A stretch of DNA of 64,000 bases, taken from contig QLUR01000006.1 of NCBI GenBank assembly GCA_018725565.1, positions 7,902-71,901 on the forward strand, in the 5' to 3' direction. This stretch comes from Bacillota bacterium. GTDB taxonomy: Bacteria > Bacillota > Dethiobacteria > Dethiobacterales > Dethiobacteraceae. Shown piece after piece: positions 25,866 through 34,372 of the stretch (within the stretch, counting starts at the first letter, position 1; every line of letters starts with the position of its first letter). The translations under genes and the position numbers were made by a program. A model generated the notes under the pieces. It saw nothing but the letters and a program-made list of their open reading frames with translations. It was not told the DNA's origin and searched no databases.

Positions 25866-27611
25866 GTGGAATACCGAAAAAAATATCAACAATGGCTCGA
25901 ATTTTCCGGAATGGATGAGGAACTGGGCCGGGAACTGACCAAGATTTCCCTTGACGAAAACGAAATAGCCAACCGCTTTTCCAAAGAGATAGCCTTTGGC
26001 ACCGGAGGAATCCGGGGTCGGATGGGTGTCGGAACAGCATTGATCAATATTTATGTAGTCCGCAAGGTTACGCTAGGTCTGGCGCGCTATCTTCTTAACG
26101 CTTGTCCGAAAGAGGGAAAACAACCTTCCGTGGTTATTGCCTGCGATACTAGGCGCAACTCGGAGCTGTTTGTTCGAGCAACGGCGGAAGTTTTAACCAA
26201 CCATGGAATTAAAGCCTGGGTTTTCCCAGAGCCTACTCCGACACCTCTCTTATCCTTTGCGGTCAGGGAACTGCAAGCTTCAGCCGGAGTAGTGATTACA
26301 GCCAGTCATAACCCCCCTGCTGACAACGGCTACAAAGTGTACGGACCAGACGGCGGGCAGATCACTGATTACCTGGCACACGCCATCACAGAGCATATTC
26401 TTCAGGTGGAAGATGCACTAACAATACCGGGTGGTGATCTGGAAGAGGCAGAAAAAAACGGGCTGTTTGAGCGAGTCGGTGCCGAGATAGATAACCGCTA
26501 TTATAAATTATTACAGGGTATATCTCTCAGCTCAACCTGGTGGGGCAAAGGCCCGCTGCCGGTAAGGGTTGTCTACACCCCCCTTCACGGCACAGGGGGC
26601 AAAGCAATTCCACGGGCGCTGAAAAATACCGGCGTTACTGAGCTCTTCCTCGTGTCAAAACAGTTAGAGATGGATCCCAACTGTTCCACAGTTCAATATC
26701 CAAATCCCGAAGATTGGGAAGTGTATAACATGGCCATAACCTTGGGGGAAAAAGAACAGGCAGACCTGTTATTGGCTACCGACTTAGACGCTGATCGTCT
26801 AGGTGCCGCTGTTCGTAACACCTCAGGGCGCTATGTCCCTCTAACCGGCAATCAGATTGGCTGCTTGCTGCTGGACTATATCCTTTCTCAAAGAAAAAAG
26901 CAGGAGAAGCTTCCCACTAACGGCATAGTACTCCAGACTGTGGTGACCTCGGAAATGGGGAAGGCCATCGCCGCAGACTACGGAGTGGAGATAATAGAAA
27001 CACTGACGGGGTTTAAATATATTGGCGAACAAATTAAAGAACGTGTCGATACAGGCCAAAATGTTTTTCTCTTTGGCTTTGAAGAGAGCTATGGCTACCT
27101 CGCAGGTGACTTCGTCCGAGATAAAGACGGTATTCAAGCCAGCCAGCTGGTAGCCGAGATGACCGCTTATTATAAATACAGAAAGATGACTCTCTTAGAT
27201 GCTCTAGAGCAACTGTTCTTGGCTCACGGCTATTTTCAAGAAGAACTGGTTAACCTTAAACTGGCTGAAGGTGAGCTTTATCGGGTAGAGCAGGTCATGA
27301 ACCAATTGCGCGGTGCCCATTTATCAGAACTGAACGGGCTAAAAATCATCCGCGCAGAAGATTACCTCAAACAGATAAGCACTGACGTACAGGGAAACCA
27401 AACACCGATTGGGCTGCCTGCCAGCAACGCGCTGAAATATATTTTGGATGATCTTTCCTGGTTCTGCATTCGCCCGTCAGGCACCGAACCAAAGATAAAG
27501 ATTTATCTAGGGGTAAAGGGAGATAGCGCCGATGTAGCTGCAGCTAAGCTTTCTACGCTCAGGGAAAATGTGTTGGCTCTGGTGGCCGGCCTAGAAACAC
27601 GCTCCCCGTGA
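25866..27611 (+). CDS. alpha-D-phosphohexomutase (phosphomannomutase/phosphoglucomutase, PgcA-like)
   Basis: 581 aa, catalytic loop TASHNPPADNGYK, metal loop DLDADR, sugar loop GFEESYG, phosphate loop RPSGTEPK; GTG start after GGGAGGAG. Confidence 0.85.
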   Translation: MEYRKKYQQWLEFSGMDEELGRELTKISLDENEIANRFSKEIAFGTGGIRGRMGVGTALINIYVVRKVTLGLARYLLNACPKEGKQPSVVIACDTRRNSELFVRATAEVLTNHGIKAWVFPEPTPTPLLSFAVRELQASAGVVITASHNPPADNGYKVYGPDGGQITDYLAHAITEHILQVEDALTIPGGDLEEAEKNGLFERVGAEIDNRYYKLLQGISLSSTWWGKGPLPVRVVYTPLHGTGGKAIPRALKNTGVTELFLVSKQLEMDPNCSTVQYPNPEDWEVYNMAITLGEKEQADLLLATDLDADRLGAAVRNTSGRYVPLTGNQIGCLLLDYILSQRKKQEKLPTNGIVLQTVVTSEMGKAIAADYGVEIIETLTGFKYIGEQIKERVDTGQNVFLFGFEESYGYLAGDFVRDKDGIQASQLVAEMTAYYKYRKMTLLDALEQLFLAHGYFQEELVNLKLAEGELYRVEQVMNQLRGAHLSELNGLKIIRAEDYLKQISTDVQGNQTPIGLPASNALKYILDDLSWFCIRPSGTEPKIKIYLGVKGDSADVAAAKLSTLRENVLALVAGLETRSP

Positions 27612-27994
27612 TGATTTTTATAATTCACCCCTGATAATATGATTTCCGGTATCCTCATCATTAGCTTCAGCAGCCCTTGCCAGCATCTGCACAGTATAGG
27701 CAAACGCATTCTCCGCATCTTTGATTTGCGCTGATAAAGCCCAAGAAAAAGTATCTGCATCACCAGATTTTCTAAAACAGAAAGATCGTAACGGGTGATC
27801 TCCCTGCCATAATTAAGAGCCAGAAGGCAAAGAGTATTGTCGATGTGAAAAACCATATTTTCCAGCCAAGGGCATCCAGCGAATCCTTGAGTTTCAGCTG
27901 AAATTCAGAATAGTTAAATTCCCCCTCTAAAAGAATTTAAAACGTTTTCGGCTACTTGTAGGAAACTCTCCTTGATTTGACGAATTAATTCCAT
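27612..27994 (-). pseudogene. decayed minus-strand gene remnant between the two halves of the glyco island
   Basis: ATG 27992-27994 with GGAGGTG SD opens MELIRQIKESFLQVAENVLNSFRGGI then two in-frame stops; further readable pieces in other frames (e.g. ...FRKSGDADTFSWALSAQIKDAENAFAYTVQMLARAAEANDEDTGNHIIRGEL*); family not recognised. Confidence 0.35.
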
Positions 27995-28202
27995 GAGAAA
28001 CTTCACCTCCGAGTGGCTACTTTCGTAGTTACTCATCCTGGATGGCGGATGGTGAGGTCTCTCTTCTTTGTGATGCAGGGGCTTTCTTGCAAAACATCCT
28101 ACAGTAAGTTTACTCTAACCTGGCGTATATTTCTTTCTTTGTTGACACTATCTGCACAAGAGCTACGCTGGGAGGAAGAAATGAGCGAGAAGCTAAAAAT
28201 AA

Positions 28203-31200
28203 ATGTTTGAGGTGAAGACAGTGACAGAATTGGAAAGCTTGTATCATCAATCATTATCCCGCGCTTTGGAAAAAGCTGCCGGAATGGAAAAGGTGGATTT
28301 AGTGGTGGGCATCCCCTTTCTAAATGGAGGCGAGGACGCGCAAATTGTTTTGTCCATTCTAGAAGCAGGGCTTGACACCTTTTACCCCGACCTGAAAGCT
28401 TTAATAGTCTGCGCCGCCTGCCCTTCTCTTTCTAGTCTGGAGAACTACGAATCTGAGCGCATATTGCTAACTCGCCTAGACAAAGCCTTGTCGGGTAGAG
28501 GATGGGTGGTGCGCAGCTTAATGGACGTGGCGAACAGATTGACGGCAGACTTAGTGATTGTGGAACCCAGCCTTTTGGCTGCAAAGAGCAATGGTTCACC
28601 GGAAGGCCTGACATCGGACTGGATTAAACTTATGTATCAGCCCGTTCGCGACGGAAGTGCTCAATTTGTGCTGCCCCGCTTTAAATTATCCCATATTAGC
28701 AATAGCATCGGCGACCACCTAGTCTTCCCCCTGCTGGCATCTCTCTACAATCTGGAACTTAAAGGGTGCCTAGACGCCGGGATGACCATTTCTCGCCAAC
28801 TATTGCCCAATCTTCTTGAAGAAGTGCCTATTTGGTCTGGTGAGGTCTATGAATATGGCATAAACTACTGGCTCACAATGCGTGCGTTAGAGCTAACAGC
28901 TGATATCACCGAAGTGTTGCTGGGCACCAAGCCAAAAGCCGCTCTGCCAGTGGGGCTGAATTATATGTTTAGCCAGGCAGTCCATGCGGTTTTTCAGGCT
29001 ATCGGCAAAGGCCAGGATGTCTGGAAACATAATCCCCAGGCTGTGCGCTCAGTGCTAACAATTGGTCCGAGGCATGATCTGTTTCTCCAGGAGGTGACGC
29101 TTGAGCCACGGCCGCACCTAAATCAGCTCCGCAGGGGCTTTAGCCGCTATTACGAGGCGGTCTGGTCGCGTATTTTTTCCGAAGAGCTATGCATCCAGCT
29201 CAAAGAGGCGGCTACAGCTAGCGAAGAAGACTTCTCTTTCCCATCTGCCCTTTGGGCTCAGTTGGTCTACGAATCGCTCATCGCCTATCACTTTATTTCT
29301 ATGCTGGCAAAAGAAGATCTGGCCAATAGCCTGACACCTCTTTTTGAAGGAAGGTTGGCTGGCTTTTTGAAGGAGATTTCCACCCATACCCACTGCGACC
29401 TAAGCGAAGCTAGCTCTGAGCTTACAGTCTGCCCGTTTAACGCTAGGAACATCCTGGAAACGCAAAACGATGCCTTTATTAGCCGCAAACAAGTCTTTCT
29501 GGAAAAATGGCTCCACCACAAAGTGGCGCTGCTGCCCTTTTTACCGGAAATCGCCTATTGGGAATACATTCCCGGCATCCCCATTATCCTGCCCCACCTA
29601 GTCCGGTCAGCATCGGGGAAAAGTGCTCACGTGGCAGGAATTTACGAACGGCTTTTACAGGAATATAAGGAAGAATTCGAAACTTTTGCCCAACAGACAC
29701 TAAATCTCTCCGCTGAGGATGGCTCTGAAAAGCTGGGAACTGCCATACGTAGCTTGGTGGAACAAGTAGAAAAAGATCTGGATCAAATCCTGCTTCCGGG
29801 GGATCTTCACACCTTAGAGGGAATGCAAAAGGTGGCAGATCGTATTTTTGCACTCTACCCTGCCCCTAAAAGCTTCTCTCTTAAAGCAGAGGTGGCCGCC
29901 CGGTTACTGCGGGAACACCCTCCCCGTAACCTTATCACTCTCTGGGGCTACCACAATACGGATGAACTCCTTAAACACCATAACCCACTAGATGTTCTGG
30001 CACTTGCTTCCTGGTCCGAAGTCTCTAAATATTCCACATGGAACAGTGAGTGGCTCAAAGAACAATTGAGGCCTGAACATTTGGAAATATCTCCCATCCG
30101 ACCCCTAGTGGTAAATTACAGTGACTTTCCAGCCCTATCAGGAATGGGGGAAGCAGCCTCGCTGAGCTACCTTACCAGCCGTGTTGTAATTAGCAACCGG
30201 AGGAAAGGGAGCGGCGGCAGTTTCCCCAAAACCCGCATTCTAACCATTATTTTAAAGAGCATCATCGAGTCTGAGCAGTTCGGCAGCATCTGGGAATCAT
30301 TTAAAAAGCAGTCTGGTAAAGATTTTGGCCCAAAGGTTGTTAACTCCATCGAAGGACACTGGGGAGTCAGTCTATTTTCTGGCCACAGTATTTTTGAAAA
30401 TATACAGCAAGAAATTCTGAAGAGCAAACTGTTGGAAATTTCCCGACAAGACTGGGGCAACACAAACGACACGGTGGAAGAAGCTCGTAATCACTTAGCC
30501 CAGATGGCAGCAGTCTACCACCTGGGGCTAACTTTGCCAGACGGCTATTTTATCACCTGCTCGCTCTGGAGTTGGGCCAGCTACAGCTTTAAAGGAGGGA
30601 AGGGCATTCCGACTCCCCTTTCTCTCATGGTCGAGCGGCGCTGGTTCAGCAGCGAATTGTTTTCCCGTTGTTATGAACACGTGATAAGCAGTCGCAATGA
30701 AGTTTTACCAAAAATAGCAGCACTAATGGGGCAGGGAAGGGAGAGCGAGAATCTAGCAGCCCTTTTCCTGGGAGCACCGCCTGACGGTATGGAAATCATC
30801 ATCGATCAGAAAATTGAAAAAGACCTCCCGCAGGCAGGCAAGCTGATTCGCTCTCCCTTCAACCCAATGTTAACCCTAATAGCAGAGCACAACTGGGAGT
30901 CGAAGTACGTTTTAAACTGCGGGGCCATCCGCGTCAAGGGGAATGTTTACATTTTTTATCGGGCTGTGGGTGAAGACGGTATCTCACGCATCGGGCTGGC
31001 CATTAGTAAAAACGGACTACAGGTAGATGAGCGTTTGCCTGAGCCGGTCTTTGGCCCTGCCCACGAGAGTGAAAAAATGGGGTGTGAAGATCCCCGGCTT
31101 ATCGCCATCGAAGGTCGCGTTTACATGCTTTATACTGCCTACGACGGCATTACTCCTCAGATTGCCCTGGCATCTATCGCCGAGGATGATCTTGTCCAAC

Positions 31201-31787
31201 AGCGCTGGCAACACTGGCAGCGCCACGGACTGGTCTTTCCGGGTTTCATCAATAAGAACGCAGTATTGTTCCCAGAACGGTTTAACGGCAAACTGGCCAT
31301 GTACCACCGCATCGCTCCCAGCATCTGGGTAACCTTTGCCAGCAACTTTGACACCCCCTGGCCCCGGGAAGGGCATAGGCTTATCATGGGCAGCCGCTCT
31401 GGGATGATGTGGGACGCTGTTAAAATCGGATCAGGTGCACCTCCCCTGAAAACCCGTTTTGGTTGGCTATTAATCTATCACGGAGTGGACTACGGCTTCC
31501 GCTATCGGCTTGGTGTTTTCCTCACTGCCCTAGACGATCCGGCGAAGCTCATCTACCGCTCCCCAAACCCCATCCTAGAGCCGGAAAAGTCTTATGAAAT
31601 TGGTGTTTCAGGCCAGAGTTGGGTGCCAAACGTGGTCTTTACCTGCGGAGCAGTCTCAGCTATTGACAAAGATATCTTAGATGAAGCTGATGAAATCCTT
31701 GTTTATTACGGCGGGGCGGACACCGTCATCGGTGTCGCTTCTGCCCGGGTAGCCGACCTTATCCCGGCGCGATTTCGTCAAGGATGA
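28203..31787 (+). CDS. 1194-aa fusion protein: ~870-aa N-terminal region of unknown family + C-terminal GH130 (beta-mannoside phosphorylase-type) domain
   Basis: C-terminal ~310 aa align by eye with the 322-aa GH130 two genes downstream (GCEDPRL / IEDPRI, NAVLFPERFNGK / NVVLFPEKFDGR, KIGSGAPP / KIGPGATP, WLLIYHGV / WLQIYHGV, NVVFTCG, YYGGADTV / YWGGADKV); start ambiguous (ATG 28203 or GTG 28221 after GAGGTG). Confidence 0.75.
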   Translation: MFEVKTVTELESLYHQSLSRALEKAAGMEKVDLVVGIPFLNGGEDAQIVLSILEAGLDTFYPDLKALIVCAACPSLSSLENYESERILLTRLDKALSGRGWVVRSLMDVANRLTADLVIVEPSLLAAKSNGSPEGLTSDWIKLMYQPVRDGSAQFVLPRFKLSHISNSIGDHLVFPLLASLYNLELKGCLDAGMTISRQLLPNLLEEVPIWSGEVYEYGINYWLTMRALELTADITEVLLGTKPKAALPVGLNYMFSQAVHAVFQAIGKGQDVWKHNPQAVRSVLTIGPRHDLFLQEVTLEPRPHLNQLRRGFSRYYEAVWSRIFSEELCIQLKEAATASEEDFSFPSALWAQLVYESLIAYHFISMLAKEDLANSLTPLFEGRLAGFLKEISTHTHCDLSEASSELTVCPFNARNILETQNDAFISRKQVFLEKWLHHKVALLPFLPEIAYWEYIPGIPIILPHLVRSASGKSAHVAGIYERLLQEYKEEFETFAQQTLNLSAEDGSEKLGTAIRSLVEQVEKDLDQILLPGDLHTLEGMQKVADRIFALYPAPKSFSLKAEVAARLLREHPPRNLITLWGYHNTDELLKHHNPLDVLALASWSEVSKYSTWNSEWLKEQLRPEHLEISPIRPLVVNYSDFPALSGMGEAASLSYLTSRVVISNRRKGSGGSFPKTRILTIILKSIIESEQFGSIWESFKKQSGKDFGPKVVNSIEGHWGVSLFSGHSIFENIQQEILKSKLLEISRQDWGNTNDTVEEARNHLAQMAAVYHLGLTLPDGYFITCSLWSWASYSFKGGKGIPTPLSLMVERRWFSSELFSRCYEHVISSRNEVLPKIAALMGQGRESENLAALFLGAPPDGMEIIIDQKIEKDLPQAGKLIRSPFNPMLTLIAEHNWESKYVLNCGAIRVKGNVYIFYRAVGEDGISRIGLAISKNGLQVDERLPEPVFGPAHESEKMGCEDPRLIAIEGRVYMLYTAYDGITPQIALASIAEDDLVQQRWQHWQRHGLVFPGFINKNAVLFPERFNGKLAMYHRIAPSIWVTFASNFDTPWPREGHRLIMGSRSGMMWDAVKIGSGAPPLKTRFGWLLIYHGVDYGFRYRLGVFLTALDDPAKLIYRSPNPILEPEKSYEIGVSGQSWVPNVVFTCGAVSAIDKDILDEADEILVYYGGADTVIGVASARVADLIPARFRQG

Positions 31788-31840
31788 CGTGATTCTAAAA
31801 CTCCTCCGGATTAACCTGTTGGGAAGGGGATTTTTTGAAA

Positions 31841-32857
31841 ATGAGAATTGCCCTGCTTTCTCCTATCGCCTGGAGGACTCCACCCCGCAACTATGGACCT
31901 TGGGAACGTGTAGTTTCACTAATTACAGAAGGCCTGCAAAAAAAGGGGATAGATGTTACCCTGTTTGCCACGGCTGACTCACTAACAGAGGGAAAGCTCC
32001 ATGCTGTAGTGCCACGCCCTTACGAAGAAGACAAATTGCTTGATCCAAAGGTATGGGAGTGTCTTCATATCTCCGAGATGTTTGAAAGAGCTAAAGGTTT
32101 TGATCTAATCCATAACCATTTCGACTTTTTGCCACTCACCTACTCCAGGTTGACCAGAACGCCCGTCCTCACTACTATCCACGGCTTTTCTAGTCCGAAG
32201 ATACTGCCTGTATACAAAAAATATAACGACACAACTTTTTATGTGTCCATCAGTAACGCTGATCGCTCACCGGAACTGGATTATATCGCTACCGTTTATC
32301 ATGGTATCGATATTGAAAACTTCGCATTTCAGGAAACACCTGAAGATTACCTGCTCTTTTTAGGGCGCATCCATCACGACAAAGGTGTCAGTGAAGCGAT
32401 TCAGATTGCCCGTAAAGTCGGCATGAAACTGATCCTTGCCGGGATTATTCAGGATGAAGCTTATTTTAAAGAACGAGTTGAACCTTTCCTTGATGGTTCC
32501 CAAATCAACTATGTAGGTACTGTAACTCCTGAGTTGAGAAATGAGTTGCTTGGGAAAGCCTTTGCTTTTATCCATTCAATCAATTTCAATGAGCCTTTTG
32601 GCTTATCTGTGGTGGAAGCTGGCGCCTGTGGAACACCAGTTGTGGCTTTTAACAAGGGCTCTATGCCGGAGATAATTGTGGATGGCGAAAACGGGTTTCT
32701 CGTTGATGATGTTTCTTCCGCAGTGGAGGCGATAGGTCAGCTAAAAACCATATCACGTTATAAGTGCCGGGCAATAGTGGCAGAAAAGTTTTCACAAGAG
32801 CAAATGGTGGAAAATTATCTGGCAGTGTACCGGCAGATAATAGAAAAAAACAATTAA
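31841..32857 (+). CDS. GT4-family glycosyltransferase (small, ~338 aa)
   Basis: ORF 31835..32857; MRIALLSPIAWRTPPRNYGPWERV N-terminus, C-terminal EPFGLSVVEAGACGTPVVAFNKGSMPEII (E-x7-E region) typical of GT4; ATG 31841 preferred. Confidence 0.8.
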   Translation: MRIALLSPIAWRTPPRNYGPWERVVSLITEGLQKKGIDVTLFATADSLTEGKLHAVVPRPYEEDKLLDPKVWECLHISEMFERAKGFDLIHNHFDFLPLTYSRLTRTPVLTTIHGFSSPKILPVYKKYNDTTFYVSISNADRSPELDYIATVYHGIDIENFAFQETPEDYLLFLGRIHHDKGVSEAIQIARKVGMKLILAGIIQDEAYFKERVEPFLDGSQINYVGTVTPELRNELLGKAFAFIHSINFNEPFGLSVVEAGACGTPVVAFNKGSMPEIIVDGENGFLVDDVSSAVEAIGQLKTISRYKCRAIVAEKFSQEQMVENYLAVYRQIIEKNN

Positions 32858-32896
32858 CGGTGGCGCTAATTGGTAACCCCGGAGGAGGATCTAATT

Positions 32897-33838
32897 GTGC
32901 TGAAACGGGAATCCGTAGTAAAAAGATATGAAAAAAATCCTATCCTTACCAAGAATGATGTGCCTTATCCGGTAGTTACAGTTCATAACGCCGGAGTAGT
33001 CAAAGCAGACGGCCGCTATTGGATGATTTTTCGGTCACATCTTTATAACGGACGCTCCATTTTGGGCTTGGCAGAGAGTTCCGACGGCTACCTGTTCACT
33101 GTCAGATCAGAGCCATTTATGACACCTGCACAAGAAGGCATTTTTGCCGAATATGAGGAATATGGAATAGAAGATCCACGAATCTGCAAAATCGACCAGG
33201 ATTTTGTCATTACTTACAGTGCCTATTCAAGGCACGGTGTAAGGGTCGCATTGGCTAAGACCCGGGATTTTAAGGCCGTGGAAAGAATAGCGCTGATTAC
33301 TCAGGCAGACCAGCGCAACGTTGTTCTTTTTCCGGAAAAGTTCGATGGCCGTTTTGTCCGCCTAGATCGCCCACACACAGAAATCAACCCTTGGTCAATT
33401 TGGATTTCATACTCGCCTGATTTAATTCACTGGGGCAACTCAAAGGTAATCGTCAAGCCGGAAGTCTACCATTGGGATGAAATGAAAATCGGCCCCGGAG
33501 CTACCCCCTTTAAGACCGACAAAGGCTGGCTGCAGATCTATCATGGCGTCTTTCGCACAATGGACGGCGCAGTGTACAGACTCGGCGCAATTCTGCATGA
33601 TCTGAATGATCCTTCCCTGGTTCTCGGGGTGGCTGACGAATGGATTCTTGAGCCTGAAGACCCTTGGGAGGTAACCGGGTATGTGCATAATGTGGTTTTT
33701 ACCTGTGGCGCGACTCCTGAAGAAGATGGAACGGTAAAAATCTATTGGGGAGGGGCGGACAAGGTAATGTGCGTGGGAACAGCAAACGTTAGCGACTTGG
33801 TTGCTTTGTGCTTGGAAAAACCAAGAAATCCCGTTTGA
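32897..33838 (+). CDS. GH130 family glycoside phosphorylase/hydrolase (PH1107-related 'glycosidase')
   Basis: ORF 32870..33838; KNPILT..., GIEDPRI, FPEKFDGRFVRLDRP, KIGPGATP, WLQIYHGV, YRLGAILHDLNDP, NVVFTCG; GTG 32897 sits 8 nt after GGAGGAGG. Confidence 0.8.
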   Translation: MLKRESVVKRYEKNPILTKNDVPYPVVTVHNAGVVKADGRYWMIFRSHLYNGRSILGLAESSDGYLFTVRSEPFMTPAQEGIFAEYEEYGIEDPRICKIDQDFVITYSAYSRHGVRVALAKTRDFKAVERIALITQADQRNVVLFPEKFDGRFVRLDRPHTEINPWSIWISYSPDLIHWGNSKVIVKPEVYHWDEMKIGPGATPFKTDKGWLQIYHGVFRTMDGAVYRLGAILHDLNDPSLVLGVADEWILEPEDPWEVTGYVHNVVFTCGATPEEDGTVKIYWGGADKVMCVGTANVSDLVALCLEKPRNPV

Positions 33839-33984
33839 GTTGTTTATTTAAATGTTAAGCAGCCCCTGATTTAAACTGTTTCAGCCCGCGCTGTATTCAG
33901 CATTTCACGGGCGTGCTCCGCGCGGCCTGCTGTTTTGCCTCGCCGCCTAGACTTTGCAAGTCTTTATGCACTAAACTAGACGTA

Positions 33985-34020
33985 AGGAGCCCCCAGCCGG
34001 GGGCTCCTGCTTATTTTTTC
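33985..34020 (+). terminator. intrinsic terminator closing the plus-strand glyco operon
   Basis: AGGAGCCCCC-agcc-GGGGGCTCCT (33985-34008) followed by GCTTATTTTTT; overlaps the stop of the convergent ferritin-like gene. Confidence 0.8.
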
Positions 34021-34316
34021 AGCTTGGCGATGAGTTCTTCCACTTCTTCTTCGCCCTCGGCGTAAAACTTCTCCTCGTCGGGCGCAAGCTCCTTTAACAG
34101 GCGCAAGAATTCGCCGGCGTGGACAATTTCTTCATCGGCGATTTCCTTTAACACGGCGACCGCCAAGGGGTTATCTACAGACTCGGCCAACTGCATATAC
34201 AGCTGTACAGCTTCGTACTCCGCCGCCACCATAAAACGGATGGCCCGGACCAATTCGGCGTGGGAAAGTTTCCTATCAGCCTTTAACCCGGAAAATGGAT
34301 GGCCAAACTCCGGCAT
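34011..34316 (-). CDS. EncFtn/Flp-type ferritin-like protein (four-helix-bundle half-ferritin)
   Basis: ORF 34011..34337; LSHAELVRAIRFMVAAEYEAVQLYMQLAE...ADEEIVHAGEF matches the E-x-x-H di-iron pattern of encapsulin-associated ferritin-like proteins; ATG 34314-34316 after GAGGAGG. Confidence 0.65.
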   Translation of the reverse strand: MPEFGHPFSGLKADRKLSHAELVRAIRFMVAAEYEAVQLYMQLAESVDNPLAVAVLKEIADEEIVHAGEFLRLLKELAPDEEKFYAEGEEEVEELIAKLKK

Positions 34317-34372
34317 GCCAGTTCCTCCTCTTAGCATTATTTACCTATAATTTATTCCACACGTATGTTCAA

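Noticed and set aside
27503-27856. 117-aa minus-strand ORF overlapping the end of the phosphohexomutase gene.
   Set aside because: Its 3' third is antisense to a clearly real gene. Its 5' part is in frame with, but separated by stops from, the ATG at 27994. It is treated as part of the pseudogene remnant, not as a gene.
28142-28169. TTGACA-16-TACGCT promoter candidate for the giant GH130 gene.
   Set aside because: The -10 is poor, and a TSS from it would cut off the GGGAGG SD just downstream. It cannot be decided without TSS data.
33839-34372. An encapsulin shell gene next to the EncFtn-like gene.
   Set aside because: No ORF of shell size (~260-300 aa) exists on either side. The neighbours are a terminator/spacer and the NuoE-like gene.
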